Origin: a virus
Length of the DNA stretch: 29,790 nt
Strand: one strand, 5' to 3'
Virus genome (UHGV): UHGV-1477313
A program made the position numbers and the translations under genes. This document shows positions 6,942 through 17,715 of the stretch, piece by piece (the first letter of the stretch is position 1; each line of letters begins with the position of its first letter). The notes under the pieces were generated by a model. It did not search any database, had not been told where the DNA came from, and was given only the letters and a program-made list of their open reading frames with translations.

Positions 6942-6953
6942 GTGACATGTCAC
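6942..6953. repeat. 12-bp perfect palindrome GTGACATGTCAC, copy 1 of 3
   Basis: Exact copies at 6942..6953, 24499..24510 and 26764..26775. This copy overlaps the stop codon of the 98-aa membrane protein gene. Confidence 0.6.
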
Positions 6954-7246
6954 GTCCCTTTTCTGAATGATAGCCATTCGAAAAATGATGACATTCCACC
7001 GCAGACAATAGCAAAGATTATCCCACCAAAGAATAGAAGGCCAGCCTGCCACCACTCCCACCGCCATACATCCACAGCGCCAACCATACCAACAATCGCT
7101 CCAACAAATGGAATATAGCTCACGATGAAAGCAATGGGGGCTGCAATTATCCAGTGCAATCCCCACCATGATTCAAGCCCAGCCATAATTGCTGCCAACT
7201 GAAAAAGACCAACGACGATATAAACAATGAATCCTATAGCTTGCAT
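6950..7246 (-). CDS. Small integral membrane protein (98 aa, 3-4 TM, Trp-rich), last gene of the structural operon
   Basis: AGGTGA SD 5 nt before the ATG; strongly hydrophobic translation. Confidence 0.65.
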   Translation of the reverse strand: MQAIGFIVYIVVGLFQLAAIMAGLESWWGLHWIIAAPIAFIVSYIPFVGAIVGMVGAVDVWRWEWWQAGLLFFGGIIFAIVCGGMSSFFEWLSFRKGT

Positions 7247-7250
7247 GTAG

Positions 7251-7433
7251 TCACCTATTTACCCAATAAAAAATAAGAGGCCTCCCCTCAATAAGGCTTG
7301 CAACAAGAACTACTCCCTGCACAACAAAGATGAACCAACAAATAGCTTGAGTCTGAGGGTTAAGAAAATATTTGTAGCGGTCAATAAATAACAATCCACC
7401 AGAAATTATCACACTCAAAATAATAAAAAACAC
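7251..7433 (-). CDS. Small membrane protein (60 aa, 2 TM)
   Basis: GTG start preceded by AAGGAAG; hydrophobic translation; 9-nt gap from the upstream gene. Confidence 0.5.
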   Translation of the reverse strand: MFFIILSVIISGGLLFIDRYKYFLNPQTQAICWFIFVVQGVVLVASLIEGRPLIFYWVNR

Positions 7434-7442
7434 AACACTTCC

Positions 7443-9917
7443 TTATTGCGGAGTGACATCCTGAGGTCTCCACCAGTATGTCTGGTTAAACTCTTTCTTC
7501 GAACGTTGCTCCATTTTTCGCAAATAGCCTGGTGAAAAATACTCCTGCATCTGGTTAAAGATCATGTGATCGAGAGCCGCCTTCAAGTACCAGAGATTCG
7601 CACCAGGCATCAGGCCTTTCCCCAGCTTAACCAGATCACCACCAGTCTGCTCATTCTTCCCTTCCACAGCATTTAACGGTATGCCCTGAGCAATCTTCAC
7701 TACGTCATCAACCAGACCAGCTACCGGGCCAAGCATCGACGCCAGCGCGCCGCTTCCGTACCTAGTGTGATCTGACAATAAAAAGTCACCGTAAAGGCCA
7801 AGACCACCACCTTTCAGTAGAGCACCAAGCCAAAATTTAGCAGCATCTTCTCCTGTCATCTCGCGAGGATTACGACCAGACGCAAGGTCGTTAAGTTGCT
7901 GCGACAAAGCGCCAAGAATGGTCGTACTGGCAATAAACGTCGCAATATATGCCGCACGCCCACCAGCAGACGGCATCCCCATAGCGCGTGACCAGTGACG
8001 CATAACCACCGAGATAGGGAACGATTTAAACAGGAAAACACTTCTCGTTAATTCACCTTTCCATGTTCCACGCTGAATACCAGAACCGGTTATCAGTTGC
8101 TCACGTGCTCCCGGTGTAATAACAGCCATATCAACTTCTTCAGTTACGGCACCGAGCAGTTTACGCATTGCCTCAAATTTCACGCGTTCAGGCTCACCAA
8201 GATGTTTAACTGCTGAATCAGGGATACGCATAATGCTTTCCGGTGTCAGCATCGTATTATTACCGTTCCCCCAGTCCTCCTGTTGCGCCAGCTTCCATAC
8301 GCTCCAGTCTGTGTCAGTAATCCCTTTGCTTTTCAGGATACGAAAATCAGAGTCATCGAGGCTACGAAGGTCTGGTGTCCGTGACACTACTTCTCCCAGG
8401 CTTCCCATCATGGTTACGCCATAGGCGCGCTTGTGCGCATCTGACCATGCTGTAAGCCCACTGGCACGCATTACCGCCGTTGCCGCCCAACGAGACACTG
8501 ACGGCCCCATATTATCCATCGCCCAGCGGTTAACGCTGCCAAGTAGAGATTCCATCGCCAGACCAGCGCGGCGCGCCCGCGCAAGTTCTGTACGGTTCGT
8601 TGGGTCCATAGCTTCAAGCTGGTTGCGGAATAACTGGTTCATTGGAAGGTTGGTCACCTTCGCAGACAGATACATGGTTCCAAGATCAGAGAACGATGAT
8701 AGCAACGCAGATCCGAGTCTGCTGGCAACCAGCCAGTTGCGGATATTGTCAGACCATCGCGCGATGTGCGGATTCGCTACAGGCTGTGTCTTTCCGGAAA
8801 TAAAGTTGTACAGATTCTCTGTGTTGTTCGCCAGCCGCTCGACTTTACCGGTTTTACTCGGGTTAGCTGTTGCCGTTTCTGCCTTCACCTGATCAAGAAG
8901 AGAGCGGAAAACATGATCGGGGTTTGGGCCATATGTTTCCACCAGTGCAATATCTTTACTGATACCTTCCAGGTGACCGACCATGATTTCCCATAGAGAG
9001 CGATCGCCATAAAGTTGCTGATATTGCAGATAGGAATCTGCATCTTTGAAATGTATCTGTCGTGATGCATTACCACGGTTAGCACGTGCGCCGGAAATTC
9101 GCATTCCGGTATCAGTAAGCTTATTCAGCCCACCAGTAGCGATCGTGTTATAAGCCTCTCCAAGAAATGCAGACAACTCGGCATCGTTCATCAGTTGTCC
9201 ATCGGCTCGGATATAATATTTGCGATCCAGCTTACCTATAACATCGCTAACCCACTTATCCTTTGATACCGCCCCAACCTTTTCCATAGAATGATGTTGA
9301 GGGAACCCCCAGTTTTCGAGATAGCCAATGTCCCCACCAGCATCATTAAACCGGCGGCGCAGTAGATCTGTCACTTCTCTCCACGCCTTAGCACCTTTTC
9401 TTGCTTTAGCATTGCCAGTATTTTGCCCTCGCATTTCATATACCAGGTCACGTACGCCCGCTTCATCTTCAAACAGACCAAAAAAGCGAGGATCAACTGC
9501 TTCGAATGCCTCCTGCAATTGACTCAATGCATAATCACGAGTGGCTTTTGTTCTGGACTCAACAGAGAGGAAATTCGATTTACCGTCTGCATTAAAAGCA
9601 ATAGTACGGTTAAGAGCGCCAAGTTTCCCATCAGCCCCTTGATAGCTATTGATAAATTTATCCAATCTCTGACGTGCGGCTATAGTGAGGGCCACACGAC
9701 GTTTCTTTAATGCCGCTTCTCGCTGTAATTCTTCAGATGCCAATTGTGCTGCACGATATAGCCGCTCTGATTCGGAAAGTTGTCTCCACGACATCGGGTC
9801 ATCACGAGCAATGGAGCGCATATTTCGATAAATGCGGTCTTCAATGCTCTGTATTTCTCGCGCCGTTAACGTGCGCTGCGCCGCCTGCTGGACCGCTTGT
9901 ATACATTCCTGTCTCAT
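7443..9917 (-). CDS. Large virion-associated protein (824 aa), probable internal/ejection protein
   Basis: Long ORF inside the structural operon with an SD before the ATG. Function inferred from position only. Confidence 0.7.
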   Translation of the reverse strand: MRQECIQAVQQAAQRTLTAREIQSIEDRIYRNMRSIARDDPMSWRQLSESERLYRAAQLASEELQREAALKKRRVALTIAARQRLDKFINSYQGADGKLGALNRTIAFNADGKSNFLSVESRTKATRDYALSQLQEAFEAVDPRFFGLFEDEAGVRDLVYEMRGQNTGNAKARKGAKAWREVTDLLRRRFNDAGGDIGYLENWGFPQHHSMEKVGAVSKDKWVSDVIGKLDRKYYIRADGQLMNDAELSAFLGEAYNTIATGGLNKLTDTGMRISGARANRGNASRQIHFKDADSYLQYQQLYGDRSLWEIMVGHLEGISKDIALVETYGPNPDHVFRSLLDQVKAETATANPSKTGKVERLANNTENLYNFISGKTQPVANPHIARWSDNIRNWLVASRLGSALLSSFSDLGTMYLSAKVTNLPMNQLFRNQLEAMDPTNRTELARARRAGLAMESLLGSVNRWAMDNMGPSVSRWAATAVMRASGLTAWSDAHKRAYGVTMMGSLGEVVSRTPDLRSLDDSDFRILKSKGITDTDWSVWKLAQQEDWGNGNNTMLTPESIMRIPDSAVKHLGEPERVKFEAMRKLLGAVTEEVDMAVITPGAREQLITGSGIQRGTWKGELTRSVFLFKSFPISVVMRHWSRAMGMPSAGGRAAYIATFIASTTILGALSQQLNDLASGRNPREMTGEDAAKFWLGALLKGGGLGLYGDFLLSDHTRYGSGALASMLGPVAGLVDDVVKIAQGIPLNAVEGKNEQTGGDLVKLGKGLMPGANLWYLKAALDHMIFNQMQEYFSPGYLRKMEQRSKKEFNQTYWWRPQDVTPQ

Positions 9918-9922
9918 TTAAT

Positions 9923-11725
9923 TTAACCTCTCAAGAAACACGCCACAGCGACATCAAACAGGCTGGAATCCTGTATTGCCTGCTCACTTTCCCTGTTCGC
10001 TTCATCCAGTACTTCACGCGCACTGCGCGATTGTGGATTACCATCATCATCCAGCACGGTGATTATCATGTCCGGAGATTCAAGCAGCGAGTCTTCAGCT
10101 ATACGCAGATCAATATCTCCTGCCGGATCTGCCATCATTTTTTGTTCTGTCTGTTGCAATATCTTACCGGGCTCAAAAGGAGCTACTTCGTCTGGCGTCC
10201 TGACCTCTGCTGTTTTATAGAATGAAACAGCCTGAGCATTAAGTTCACTTTCTGCCTGCTGTCGTCGTGCCAGTTCTGCTCGAGCTTCAAAAAACTGACC
10301 TCCAGGCTCGTGCGGCGCCAACGCGTTACGAGAAAATTCCAGGCGTTCTTGTGCCTGCCGGATTCGTTGGTCAATATCGCGAAGTCTGGCCTGTTTATCT
10401 GATCGAGCACGAGATAAAGCCTTACCGCTACCGGTTGGCTCTTCTGCAAGAATTTGTGCGCGCTGTTCAGTGAGATTTTCAATAATTCGTTGGCTATTAG
10501 CGATTTCAGACTGGTAAACCTGTCTATCGCCACGCGACAAAAGCTGCGCGGCCTGTTCTTCAAGCAACCGATTTTCTATAGCGCGCGCCGTTACTCCATC
10601 ATCTACAGATGACAGAGCCTCATTAACTGCCTGAGACAGCAGACTCTTGCGCCCAGGAATTTCACTGAAAGATGCAGACTCAACAATGCTGGCAACGTCT
10701 ACAGGTCTCCCCTGGCTAACATCAGACATGGCTTTTCGCAGAGCCTGAATGTGCGAATTACGCGAAAGCACGTTGATCGGAACGCCGGGAGCAATATCAA
10801 TTTCAGCATGATGAGCGGCATTCGCCGCCAGTGCAGCATCAATATCAACTGGTGAAAAATTTGGTGTGCTTGTAGACTCGCCGCGAGAGTTAATAAATCT
10901 GCCGACACCACCAAACGCCACCCCAAGAACAGCATCAATAGCAATTGCCTGTCGATCCAACACATCATACTGGTTAGCCATTTCGCTATAGCCACCATCA
11001 CGAAGCGTTTTTGCAGTAAGCCCACGCTGTGCCATACCGAACGCAATATTTGTACCTGCGGCATAGGCAATATCTGGCGTTGCACGTACTGCTGTTGCTG
11101 CGGCGCGTCGCACTGAACTTTCACCCGTCCGCGCAAGCTGAGCCGCCACACCTTCCGCCAGCGCACCACCAGCACGTAACCCGAGGCTCATAGGGATCAG
11201 TGTTCCGGCACCAGCAGTAATACCCTGCACTAATCCCGCTTCCTGCGCCGTCCTGAAATCAACACCCTGTGCTGTCAACCGTTCAAACTCAGAAAAACCC
11301 TGTAGAGAAGTTACCGCCGCAGCACCTCCGACCGGACCACCGAGCGTTGTACCGACAACAGCCTGCCCGCCCATATCGAACAACCCATAAAGGACCTGCC
11401 CGGCGGTTCCGGTTGTCGCGGCATCAGGCGTCAGCCGCTTAACCTGCTGCTCTGCTAGTTTTCTCTGCTCAGCAATGTATGAAACTGAAGTGTCATTGAG
11501 CGAGGTGTTTTCGTTAACAAGCTGAGCAATCGGTGATACGATTTTATCCATCCCTGCCCATAGCAACTGATCTGGCTTTGCCACCAGCCCGGAGTACAAA
11601 CCAGACAATGCCGCTCCTACAGCATTGTCGAAAAAACCAACATCGCTGTTAAAGCCAACTGGATTTGATGCTGCTTCGTCAAGCTGCTGATTCTGGTTTA
11701 CTGGATTAAGGCCAAAGTAACTCAT
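9923..11725 (-). CDS. Internal virion/ejection protein (600 aa, Gly/Ala-rich)
   Basis: Long ORF; ATGA overlap with the upstream gene. Gly/Ala-rich hydrophobic stretches are typical of podovirus ejection proteins. Confidence 0.7.
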   Translation of the reverse strand: MSYFGLNPVNQNQQLDEAASNPVGFNSDVGFFDNAVGAALSGLYSGLVAKPDQLLWAGMDKIVSPIAQLVNENTSLNDTSVSYIAEQRKLAEQQVKRLTPDAATTGTAGQVLYGLFDMGGQAVVGTTLGGPVGGAAAVTSLQGFSEFERLTAQGVDFRTAQEAGLVQGITAGAGTLIPMSLGLRAGGALAEGVAAQLARTGESSVRRAAATAVRATPDIAYAAGTNIAFGMAQRGLTAKTLRDGGYSEMANQYDVLDRQAIAIDAVLGVAFGGVGRFINSRGESTSTPNFSPVDIDAALAANAAHHAEIDIAPGVPINVLSRNSHIQALRKAMSDVSQGRPVDVASIVESASFSEIPGRKSLLSQAVNEALSSVDDGVTARAIENRLLEEQAAQLLSRGDRQVYQSEIANSQRIIENLTEQRAQILAEEPTGSGKALSRARSDKQARLRDIDQRIRQAQERLEFSRNALAPHEPGGQFFEARAELARRQQAESELNAQAVSFYKTAEVRTPDEVAPFEPGKILQQTEQKMMADPAGDIDLRIAEDSLLESPDMIITVLDDDGNPQSRSAREVLDEANRESEQAIQDSSLFDVAVACFLRG

Positions 11726-14235
11726 TGCGGAATATCTCCGGAGAATCTCTGACGCTTCTGTGTCAGATCAAGAACAACGGGAGAACCATCATCTTTTAGC
11801 AGATAACCAGTACCAAGTTTCACCAGGTACTGACTATCGCCGTAACTTTGCAAACCATACTGACCAGGCGGTGTTTTTATCCCTGTGCCAACAACTTGTT
11901 CATTCCAAGCCTGATTAACCTGCTTATCGAATTGCTCTGCAGACATTCCCCACGGCAAAAGAACATTCCCCATTCCGTTATAGTCATGCACGCCACCTGT
12001 AGCTACGTTAACAGCCTGTTTCCAGATATCATTGTCAATTTCGCCTGATACCACGCCTTTTTTCGCCATCACACCAGCGTAATAGTCCTTTGCGATCTCG
12101 TATGCCATTGATGCCCCCTGAGCATCACCAGCAAATGCATCCTTCACCATGTCAGAAAACTCAAGGCGAAGATCAGCATCTTTAGGCATCGGAATACCTT
12201 TCGCGTCATCAGTACCTTTACGAGCCGCCGCGCCAGCAAGAATTGTCTGCGCAGCGGTTTCTGGAGACACGGAAACATCCGGATTAAACCAGTTTTTTTC
12301 TGCCAAAATACCACCTGGCTTATCCATCAGTATCCCGGCAACGGCAGCAGATGGAGCGTTGGCACTGATCTGCTGTAGTGCTGACATATACACCTGCCCA
12401 CCACCAGTGCTCTGCCTGATGGTATCGAGATATGCTGCCTGTTGGGAAACGGGCGCATCACGAAAGAAAACACCGATCTGATTGGCCTCGTCTTTGGAAA
12501 AGAACGTCAGTGGAGTGCCATATGACTTAGCAAGGTCACTGACCTGAGCAGCACGCAAGGCAACGCTCTGTCCAAAGTTATCCTTATTGCTCATGTCGAT
12601 AGGCTTTGCCTGTCCGGCGGCAAGAGAGAACTGTACAGGATCAGCCTGTCGCTGCTTTATCACCTGACTTGCAGCCGACACAACGTTGTCATAAAGAGCG
12701 GCTCGTGCCGCATAACCCTCCCCTGTCTCACCAGTATCCGGGCGTAATTGCTCAACATATGCTGTAATGCTGCTTGTCGGCATGTTGCGGAAAGAGCCTA
12801 TATACTGTCCGGCGATTTGCGTATTTCTGAACTCGGTATATCGCAGGTTTCCTTCTCTTACTCCATAAGCTGCAATAAAATCAGCCTCACCAGGTGGGTT
12901 AGGAAATTCAACGCCACGCATATACGCAGCTGTCGCATCGCGAACCTGGCTGTCAATCATCGTTTTATATTCAGCCTGCTGCTGCCGACGCAGTTGATCC
13001 GCCTGTCGCATAAAACTTGCCTGCGCCTCAGGAGATGCCGCATCGAATGCTGCATTACCGGTATAGCGTTTGGTGTTGGTTGGAATTGTTGATAAACCAA
13101 GTGCTGCACTGACACCAGCAGTTAACTGCTGATCACTGTATGGCTGGCTACCGTTCTCATGATGGATAATGGCTGCACAAAGCGCCTTCAGGGTATCAGG
13201 ATTAGATGCATCGAGAGGCTCATCAGCAGAAACGCCAAGTTGTTCGCACACTGCTTTGATATACGACATAGTGTCATTTTTATCAGCAGGCGGTGCCCAG
13301 CGATTAATTATCTCGCTGACGGTATCAATACCCTGCCTCTGATACGACATCAGGTTCCGCCCTAATGCACGAATCCCGTGTTCAGGTGTTTCGAATTTAG
13401 CAAATCGACCATCATCACCGGTCTGGCCTACCCACGGATTAGTTTTGCTGTATTCGAGATTTCCTGGGTTATTGTTGCGTATGCCACGGGCACGCTCGGA
13501 AGAGTCACTATCTGCTACAGCACGGCGAGCTCCAGCAGCAGTATCACTTAACTCGCCATTACTTTGGATGAATGCGGTCGCATTGTTTGCCGACCACTGG
13601 GACAATGCAGCATCAGCAACCTTCTCTTTAAACTCGATTTTCTTGGCCTGGATTTGCTCGTTGCTCCAGCCATGTGCAACACCGTACTCCTCAATTTGCT
13701 GGAAAGTTTGCTTGTTAGCCAATACGTATGCGGCGTTGTCGCCATACAATGCTGCGGCATTTTTACCATTGTTCAGCAGTGTCGCCTGAAACTGGCCTTC
13801 TTCGTAGGCATTAATTTGCCATATCTCGTGTCGCCCGGCCTGCGTAGTGAACTGAATGCGCTGCTGCTGCGCCTGCTGCATGAAAGCATTACGAGCCTGT
13901 TCATCCGGCAGCGACATAGCCAGTTGTTCGACCTGAGCATCAAACTGCTGCGTATACTCATGGCCTTTTCCAATAGCATTTTTCCCTTTCAGGTTAAGCA
14001 ATCCTGTTTCAGGATTATTCAGCAGATCGCTGCTTATCTGACTGAGGTTAAGAGATGCCTCCTGAGCCAGAGCGATATTGGCACGCTGTTTTGCCTGCCC
14101 CAAAACATCAATTGCCTCTGTCCCTGCCCGAACAAAAGCATCACCAATACCTTGCTGAGAAAACGTCTGCAAGCCTGCTGACTGAACTCCACGACTCTCA
14201 ACCTGACGTCCGGATACTGTTGGTACGACTGGCAT
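11722..14235 (-). CDS. Internal virion/ejection protein (about 837 aa), possibly with a cell-wall-active domain
   Basis: Long ORF; likely start is ATG 14235 (ORF track extends to 14310). Placement is by analogy to T7 gp15/gp16-type proteins; the domain assignment is inference. Confidence 0.7.
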   Translation of the reverse strand: MPVVPTVSGRQVESRGVQSAGLQTFSQQGIGDAFVRAGTEAIDVLGQAKQRANIALAQEASLNLSQISSDLLNNPETGLLNLKGKNAIGKGHEYTQQFDAQVEQLAMSLPDEQARNAFMQQAQQQRIQFTTQAGRHEIWQINAYEEGQFQATLLNNGKNAAALYGDNAAYVLANKQTFQQIEEYGVAHGWSNEQIQAKKIEFKEKVADAALSQWSANNATAFIQSNGELSDTAAGARRAVADSDSSERARGIRNNNPGNLEYSKTNPWVGQTGDDGRFAKFETPEHGIRALGRNLMSYQRQGIDTVSEIINRWAPPADKNDTMSYIKAVCEQLGVSADEPLDASNPDTLKALCAAIIHHENGSQPYSDQQLTAGVSAALGLSTIPTNTKRYTGNAAFDAASPEAQASFMRQADQLRRQQQAEYKTMIDSQVRDATAAYMRGVEFPNPPGEADFIAAYGVREGNLRYTEFRNTQIAGQYIGSFRNMPTSSITAYVEQLRPDTGETGEGYAARAALYDNVVSAASQVIKQRQADPVQFSLAAGQAKPIDMSNKDNFGQSVALRAAQVSDLAKSYGTPLTFFSKDEANQIGVFFRDAPVSQQAAYLDTIRQSTGGGQVYMSALQQISANAPSAAVAGILMDKPGGILAEKNWFNPDVSVSPETAAQTILAGAAARKGTDDAKGIPMPKDADLRLEFSDMVKDAFAGDAQGASMAYEIAKDYYAGVMAKKGVVSGEIDNDIWKQAVNVATGGVHDYNGMGNVLLPWGMSAEQFDKQVNQAWNEQVVGTGIKTPPGQYGLQSYGDSQYLVKLGTGYLLKDDGSPVVLDLTQKRQRFSGDIPQ

Positions 14236-14780
14236 TATAATCCTCCGGGTAATCTGGTTCCTGCTGCTGCCCCGATTGGCGCAGGAGTGCTTTGAGTAAA
14301 CGGACTCCACGTCCCACCAAACATCTGGTAGGCACCGTATGCCTTCAGAGGCGCAGTGAGCAATGTTGTTGCTGCTCCCACATTCCCCTGTTTACGGGCT
14401 GAACTGGCTTCTGCTTTATAGTTGGCAGCCTGAACCTGATAACCGTAAGCCTCGCGTTGCGCGTTATTCACCGTCGTCAGCGAATCAAGAGCGCCAAACT
14501 GGGCAGTGTCGCCAAATATATCCAGCGCGTTACCTGTAGATAAATCAGCGCCGGTAGCCCCCATTGTCGCCGCCTGTGTACCAAGCCGCTGTCGGGTCTC
14601 TCTGCGTCGTTGCTCAGCTTCAGCGTTACCTCTGTTTATTGCATCATTTGCCTGAGCTGTGGCTATATCTGCGTTCGCTTCTGCAACCTTCGAGGCATAC
14701 TTTCCCTGTTGGTACTGGGTGTATGCCTGAATGCCACTCATGGCGAGCATTGCGCCACCAGCAATAACCGGATCGCACAT
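14235..14780 (-). CDS. Internal virion protein (181 aa), hypothetical
   Basis: ORF in the structural operon with an ATG start; Ala/Gly/Gln-rich. Confidence 0.65.
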   Translation of the reverse strand: MCDPVIAGGAMLAMSGIQAYTQYQQGKYASKVAEANADIATAQANDAINRGNAEAEQRRRETRQRLGTQAATMGATGADLSTGNALDIFGDTAQFGALDSLTTVNNAQREAYGYQVQAANYKAEASSARKQGNVGAATTLLTAPLKAYGAYQMFGGTWSPFTQSTPAPIGAAAGTRLPGGL

Positions 14781-15244
14781 TATTTTCTCTCCATGTGAAA
14801 TCTGTGGAAATTAAGACCAAGAGCACCATAAGGCGCGGCTTCTTCAAGCCTGAATCCAAGCCAGTGCAGCCATGCTTTGGCAACATGGTTTCGCTCGTCG
14901 ACGTAGTTTTCCAGGCGCGGATAAACTGCCAGCATCTGCTGCAATACAGGGCGGCAGTGGCGCAGAAATGTCTTCTGATATTTTTCAATACGGCTGGTTC
15001 CTACCAGCCAGGGCGTACCATTGCCACCGATCATTGACGCCGGAGATACACCAAACATGGTTACCAGTTCTCCGTTCGCGAACCCTGACCAGGCCATAGT
15101 CGCAGTGCGAAGACCAACGCGCAGCGCATCTTCGGTAGTCATCAGCGATACCGCATACAGTTCGTCAATATCAGCCTGACGAACATCCGGCAAAATCATC
15201 TGAAGATGCTCTTCGGTAGCGGGAATAATTTGAACATCGATCAT
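14780..15244 (-). CDS. Virion protein (154 aa), hypothetical
   Basis: ORF with ATG start; ATGA overlap with the upstream tail tube B-like gene. Confidence 0.65.
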   Translation of the reverse strand: MIDVQIIPATEEHLQMILPDVRQADIDELYAVSLMTTEDALRVGLRTATMAWSGFANGELVTMFGVSPASMIGGNGTPWLVGTSRIEKYQKTFLRHCRPVLQQMLAVYPRLENYVDERNHVAKAWLHWLGFRLEEAAPYGALGLNFHRFHMERK

Positions 15245-17715
15245 CAGAATCCCCCAACAGTAAGGCGAGGAATAACGGCAAGAACAGACAGCGGCAACGG
15301 GTCAAGCTGACGGATTTTTACACGCCCGTTTTTGCCCCAGTTACTGTCCAGTTTCACTTCTACTTTTCCGGTAGCATCATCAACAGGATCATCGTAGAAC
15401 TCGAATTCACGCTGTGGATATTCGTACCATTTACCGCCGGGCGTAGTCGCCCAGATGCCGCGACTGGCATTCACAACCAGAGTAACGGACGGGATCACCT
15501 GTTTTTTGTCCAGCAGCGTTTCCTGTCCGTTAATGTTGATATCCAGTGTTTCGAATTCAGCAGTTATTGGCAGGCCGATGTGCACAACAGCCCCCGGTGA
15601 TTCCAGCGTGACGGCACCTCCGGAAACCACTTTTTGTGGTTCCACGTTCGCATCAGAGAGGATGTTTACGGTCTGGCCTTCAAGATGAGACAAGCCGCCA
15701 AATGTCCGGCGCGCCATCTGCCAGTTCGTGGTGGCCACATTCCTGAGGGATGGCGGGACGTTCCTGTTAGCACGAACCACTACTGCGGTATTGCTGGTTA
15801 CAGAAATAATGTCGCAACGTAATTCTTTTGACACTTCATAGCCAGTATCAGGAACAGCTCCGGTATAAGGGAACTGTAGTTGCGCACCAACATCACTACT
15901 GGTGAAGTACGCACCACCAGAAACACTGATTGTATATTCCGCGCGGTAATCCCATTCGCCAGAACCACCAGTGATGGTCATCGTTCTGTCAGACGTGTTT
16001 CTTCCATCATAGCTAAGGCCAGAATCAACAAAGAAAGCATCTTCATCGCTGGTAAATAAACGGCTGGACAGTCGCTCGATGTATCTCACTGTTTGCCCGT
16101 TAACGGTTCGGTTAACGACGAAATACACCGCATCTTCATTTCCTTCGCTGATACTGCATGTGCTTTCATATTTTCCGGTACTGGATTGTGGTGCCCATGC
16201 AAAAACCTGCTGATCACGCAAATAGGTCATCACCAGTAATTTACCGTCATCACGAATGCAGAAGGCGCTGGAGTAAGGGACAATAGAGAAGCACCAGTCA
16301 ACAATGCTGTGCTTCTGAAAAAGATGATTGGCAAGGATGGTCAGGTCGTTCCCCTGATAGCCGTCAACATCGAATGAGTAGGCCAGATCACGGACAACGC
16401 TGCCTTTCTCCTGGACGAACAGAGCAATATTCGCCACAGCAATTGGTGGGACGTTGCTTGAGCCATTTGATCCCTGAGAGCTGAATGCAAATGATGATGG
16501 GGTTAACACTTTGTTCTGGTCGCCGGTGATGACGTACTCACCTCCGGAAGTCAGCGCCACCAGAGAACCAACATCAATCAGGTGACGGATCTCATTAACC
16601 TGACGCCCGGCATAGGTGTAGATAATTCTGTCGTCATCCTGCGTAGGATTGCTTTTGCCAAAATCCTTATAATCCCCGGTACGGCTGGCCCAGATAGTCT
16701 GAGGGAACGCAGTCGATGCGGCGAAGTAAAGACGTTGTTGATAATAAACAACAGTGCCAGGATAACCATTAACACTGTTCCAGGCATATTTAGCCCATTT
16801 ATAGCTGGCATTATCCTCGCCAACGACCTGCGAAGGGATATAGGAAATCACCTCGGCAGTTGCAGTAGTTCCATTTGCAGCAGTGATACGGGCAATGCCA
16901 AAACCACTGTGCAGATATTCCCACTCAATGCCAGTATCATCATCACCGGATCCGCCCCAGCCATCCCATGATGTGCCTTCTGTATGCGAAGGGCGCAAAG
17001 TGCCTGTTTTGCCTGCTGTAACGGCGCGATAGTAGTTACTGTCTGCACGGCGAATATCGCCAATCGACGTACTCTTACTGGTTTCCCATACCGGCACAGA
17101 ATCCACTGCAGGCTGTTCCAGATAGAACAATTTGCCTACCTGCTCCGCGCCAAAAATAGAGGCGCTTGCCGTTAACGTAATTGTCCCGGTGCTGGCGCTG
17201 GCATAAACCGTCACTGACTCATCAATATTGATATCTTCAAATGGCCCGTTCTTCGTTACCACATCAACCAGTTGCCAGTTGTCATGCGCATAGCGGCGCA
17301 GCTCTTTCGGCGGGTATGCCGGATGAACCAGCGTAAGCACGTCTGCGCTTTGCGTGAATTTAATTAGGAACAGATCGGCTTCAGTATATGGCGTGGCAAT
17401 TTCATAAATAACATTACTGCTGTTCAGCACCAACGCACCATCTTTGATAACACGCATGTACTGGTGTCCGAACTCCAGAGCATAAGTCTGAACCGTCGAG
17501 AACTGGAACGGGATCAGGCGGCATTTCCGATTTGGGTATTTGGCGGCACCGACAAAACGCGTACCAGGTCGATTCTCAACGCCGCCATACTGCCGCACGA
17601 TAAAGTTATCGCACTTGCGCAATGCCACCTGGTACTTCGCCATGTCGATACGTCCGTACAACGACGGTCCAATCTCACCACCGGCAAAGCTGGGCTGGAT
17701 CCAACTGATAGCCAT
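15244..17715 (-). CDS. Tail tubular/nozzle protein B-like (823 aa)
   Basis: Size and position (after a roughly 200-aa protein, before the internal virion proteins) parallel T7 gp11/gp12. Inference, not a sequence match I can verify. Confidence 0.7.
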   Translation of the reverse strand: MAISWIQPSFAGGEIGPSLYGRIDMAKYQVALRKCDNFIVRQYGGVENRPGTRFVGAAKYPNRKCRLIPFQFSTVQTYALEFGHQYMRVIKDGALVLNSSNVIYEIATPYTEADLFLIKFTQSADVLTLVHPAYPPKELRRYAHDNWQLVDVVTKNGPFEDINIDESVTVYASASTGTITLTASASIFGAEQVGKLFYLEQPAVDSVPVWETSKSTSIGDIRRADSNYYRAVTAGKTGTLRPSHTEGTSWDGWGGSGDDDTGIEWEYLHSGFGIARITAANGTTATAEVISYIPSQVVGEDNASYKWAKYAWNSVNGYPGTVVYYQQRLYFAASTAFPQTIWASRTGDYKDFGKSNPTQDDDRIIYTYAGRQVNEIRHLIDVGSLVALTSGGEYVITGDQNKVLTPSSFAFSSQGSNGSSNVPPIAVANIALFVQEKGSVVRDLAYSFDVDGYQGNDLTILANHLFQKHSIVDWCFSIVPYSSAFCIRDDGKLLVMTYLRDQQVFAWAPQSSTGKYESTCSISEGNEDAVYFVVNRTVNGQTVRYIERLSSRLFTSDEDAFFVDSGLSYDGRNTSDRTMTITGGSGEWDYRAEYTISVSGGAYFTSSDVGAQLQFPYTGAVPDTGYEVSKELRCDIISVTSNTAVVVRANRNVPPSLRNVATTNWQMARRTFGGLSHLEGQTVNILSDANVEPQKVVSGGAVTLESPGAVVHIGLPITAEFETLDININGQETLLDKKQVIPSVTLVVNASRGIWATTPGGKWYEYPQREFEFYDDPVDDATGKVEVKLDSNWGKNGRVKIRQLDPLPLSVLAVIPRLTVGGF

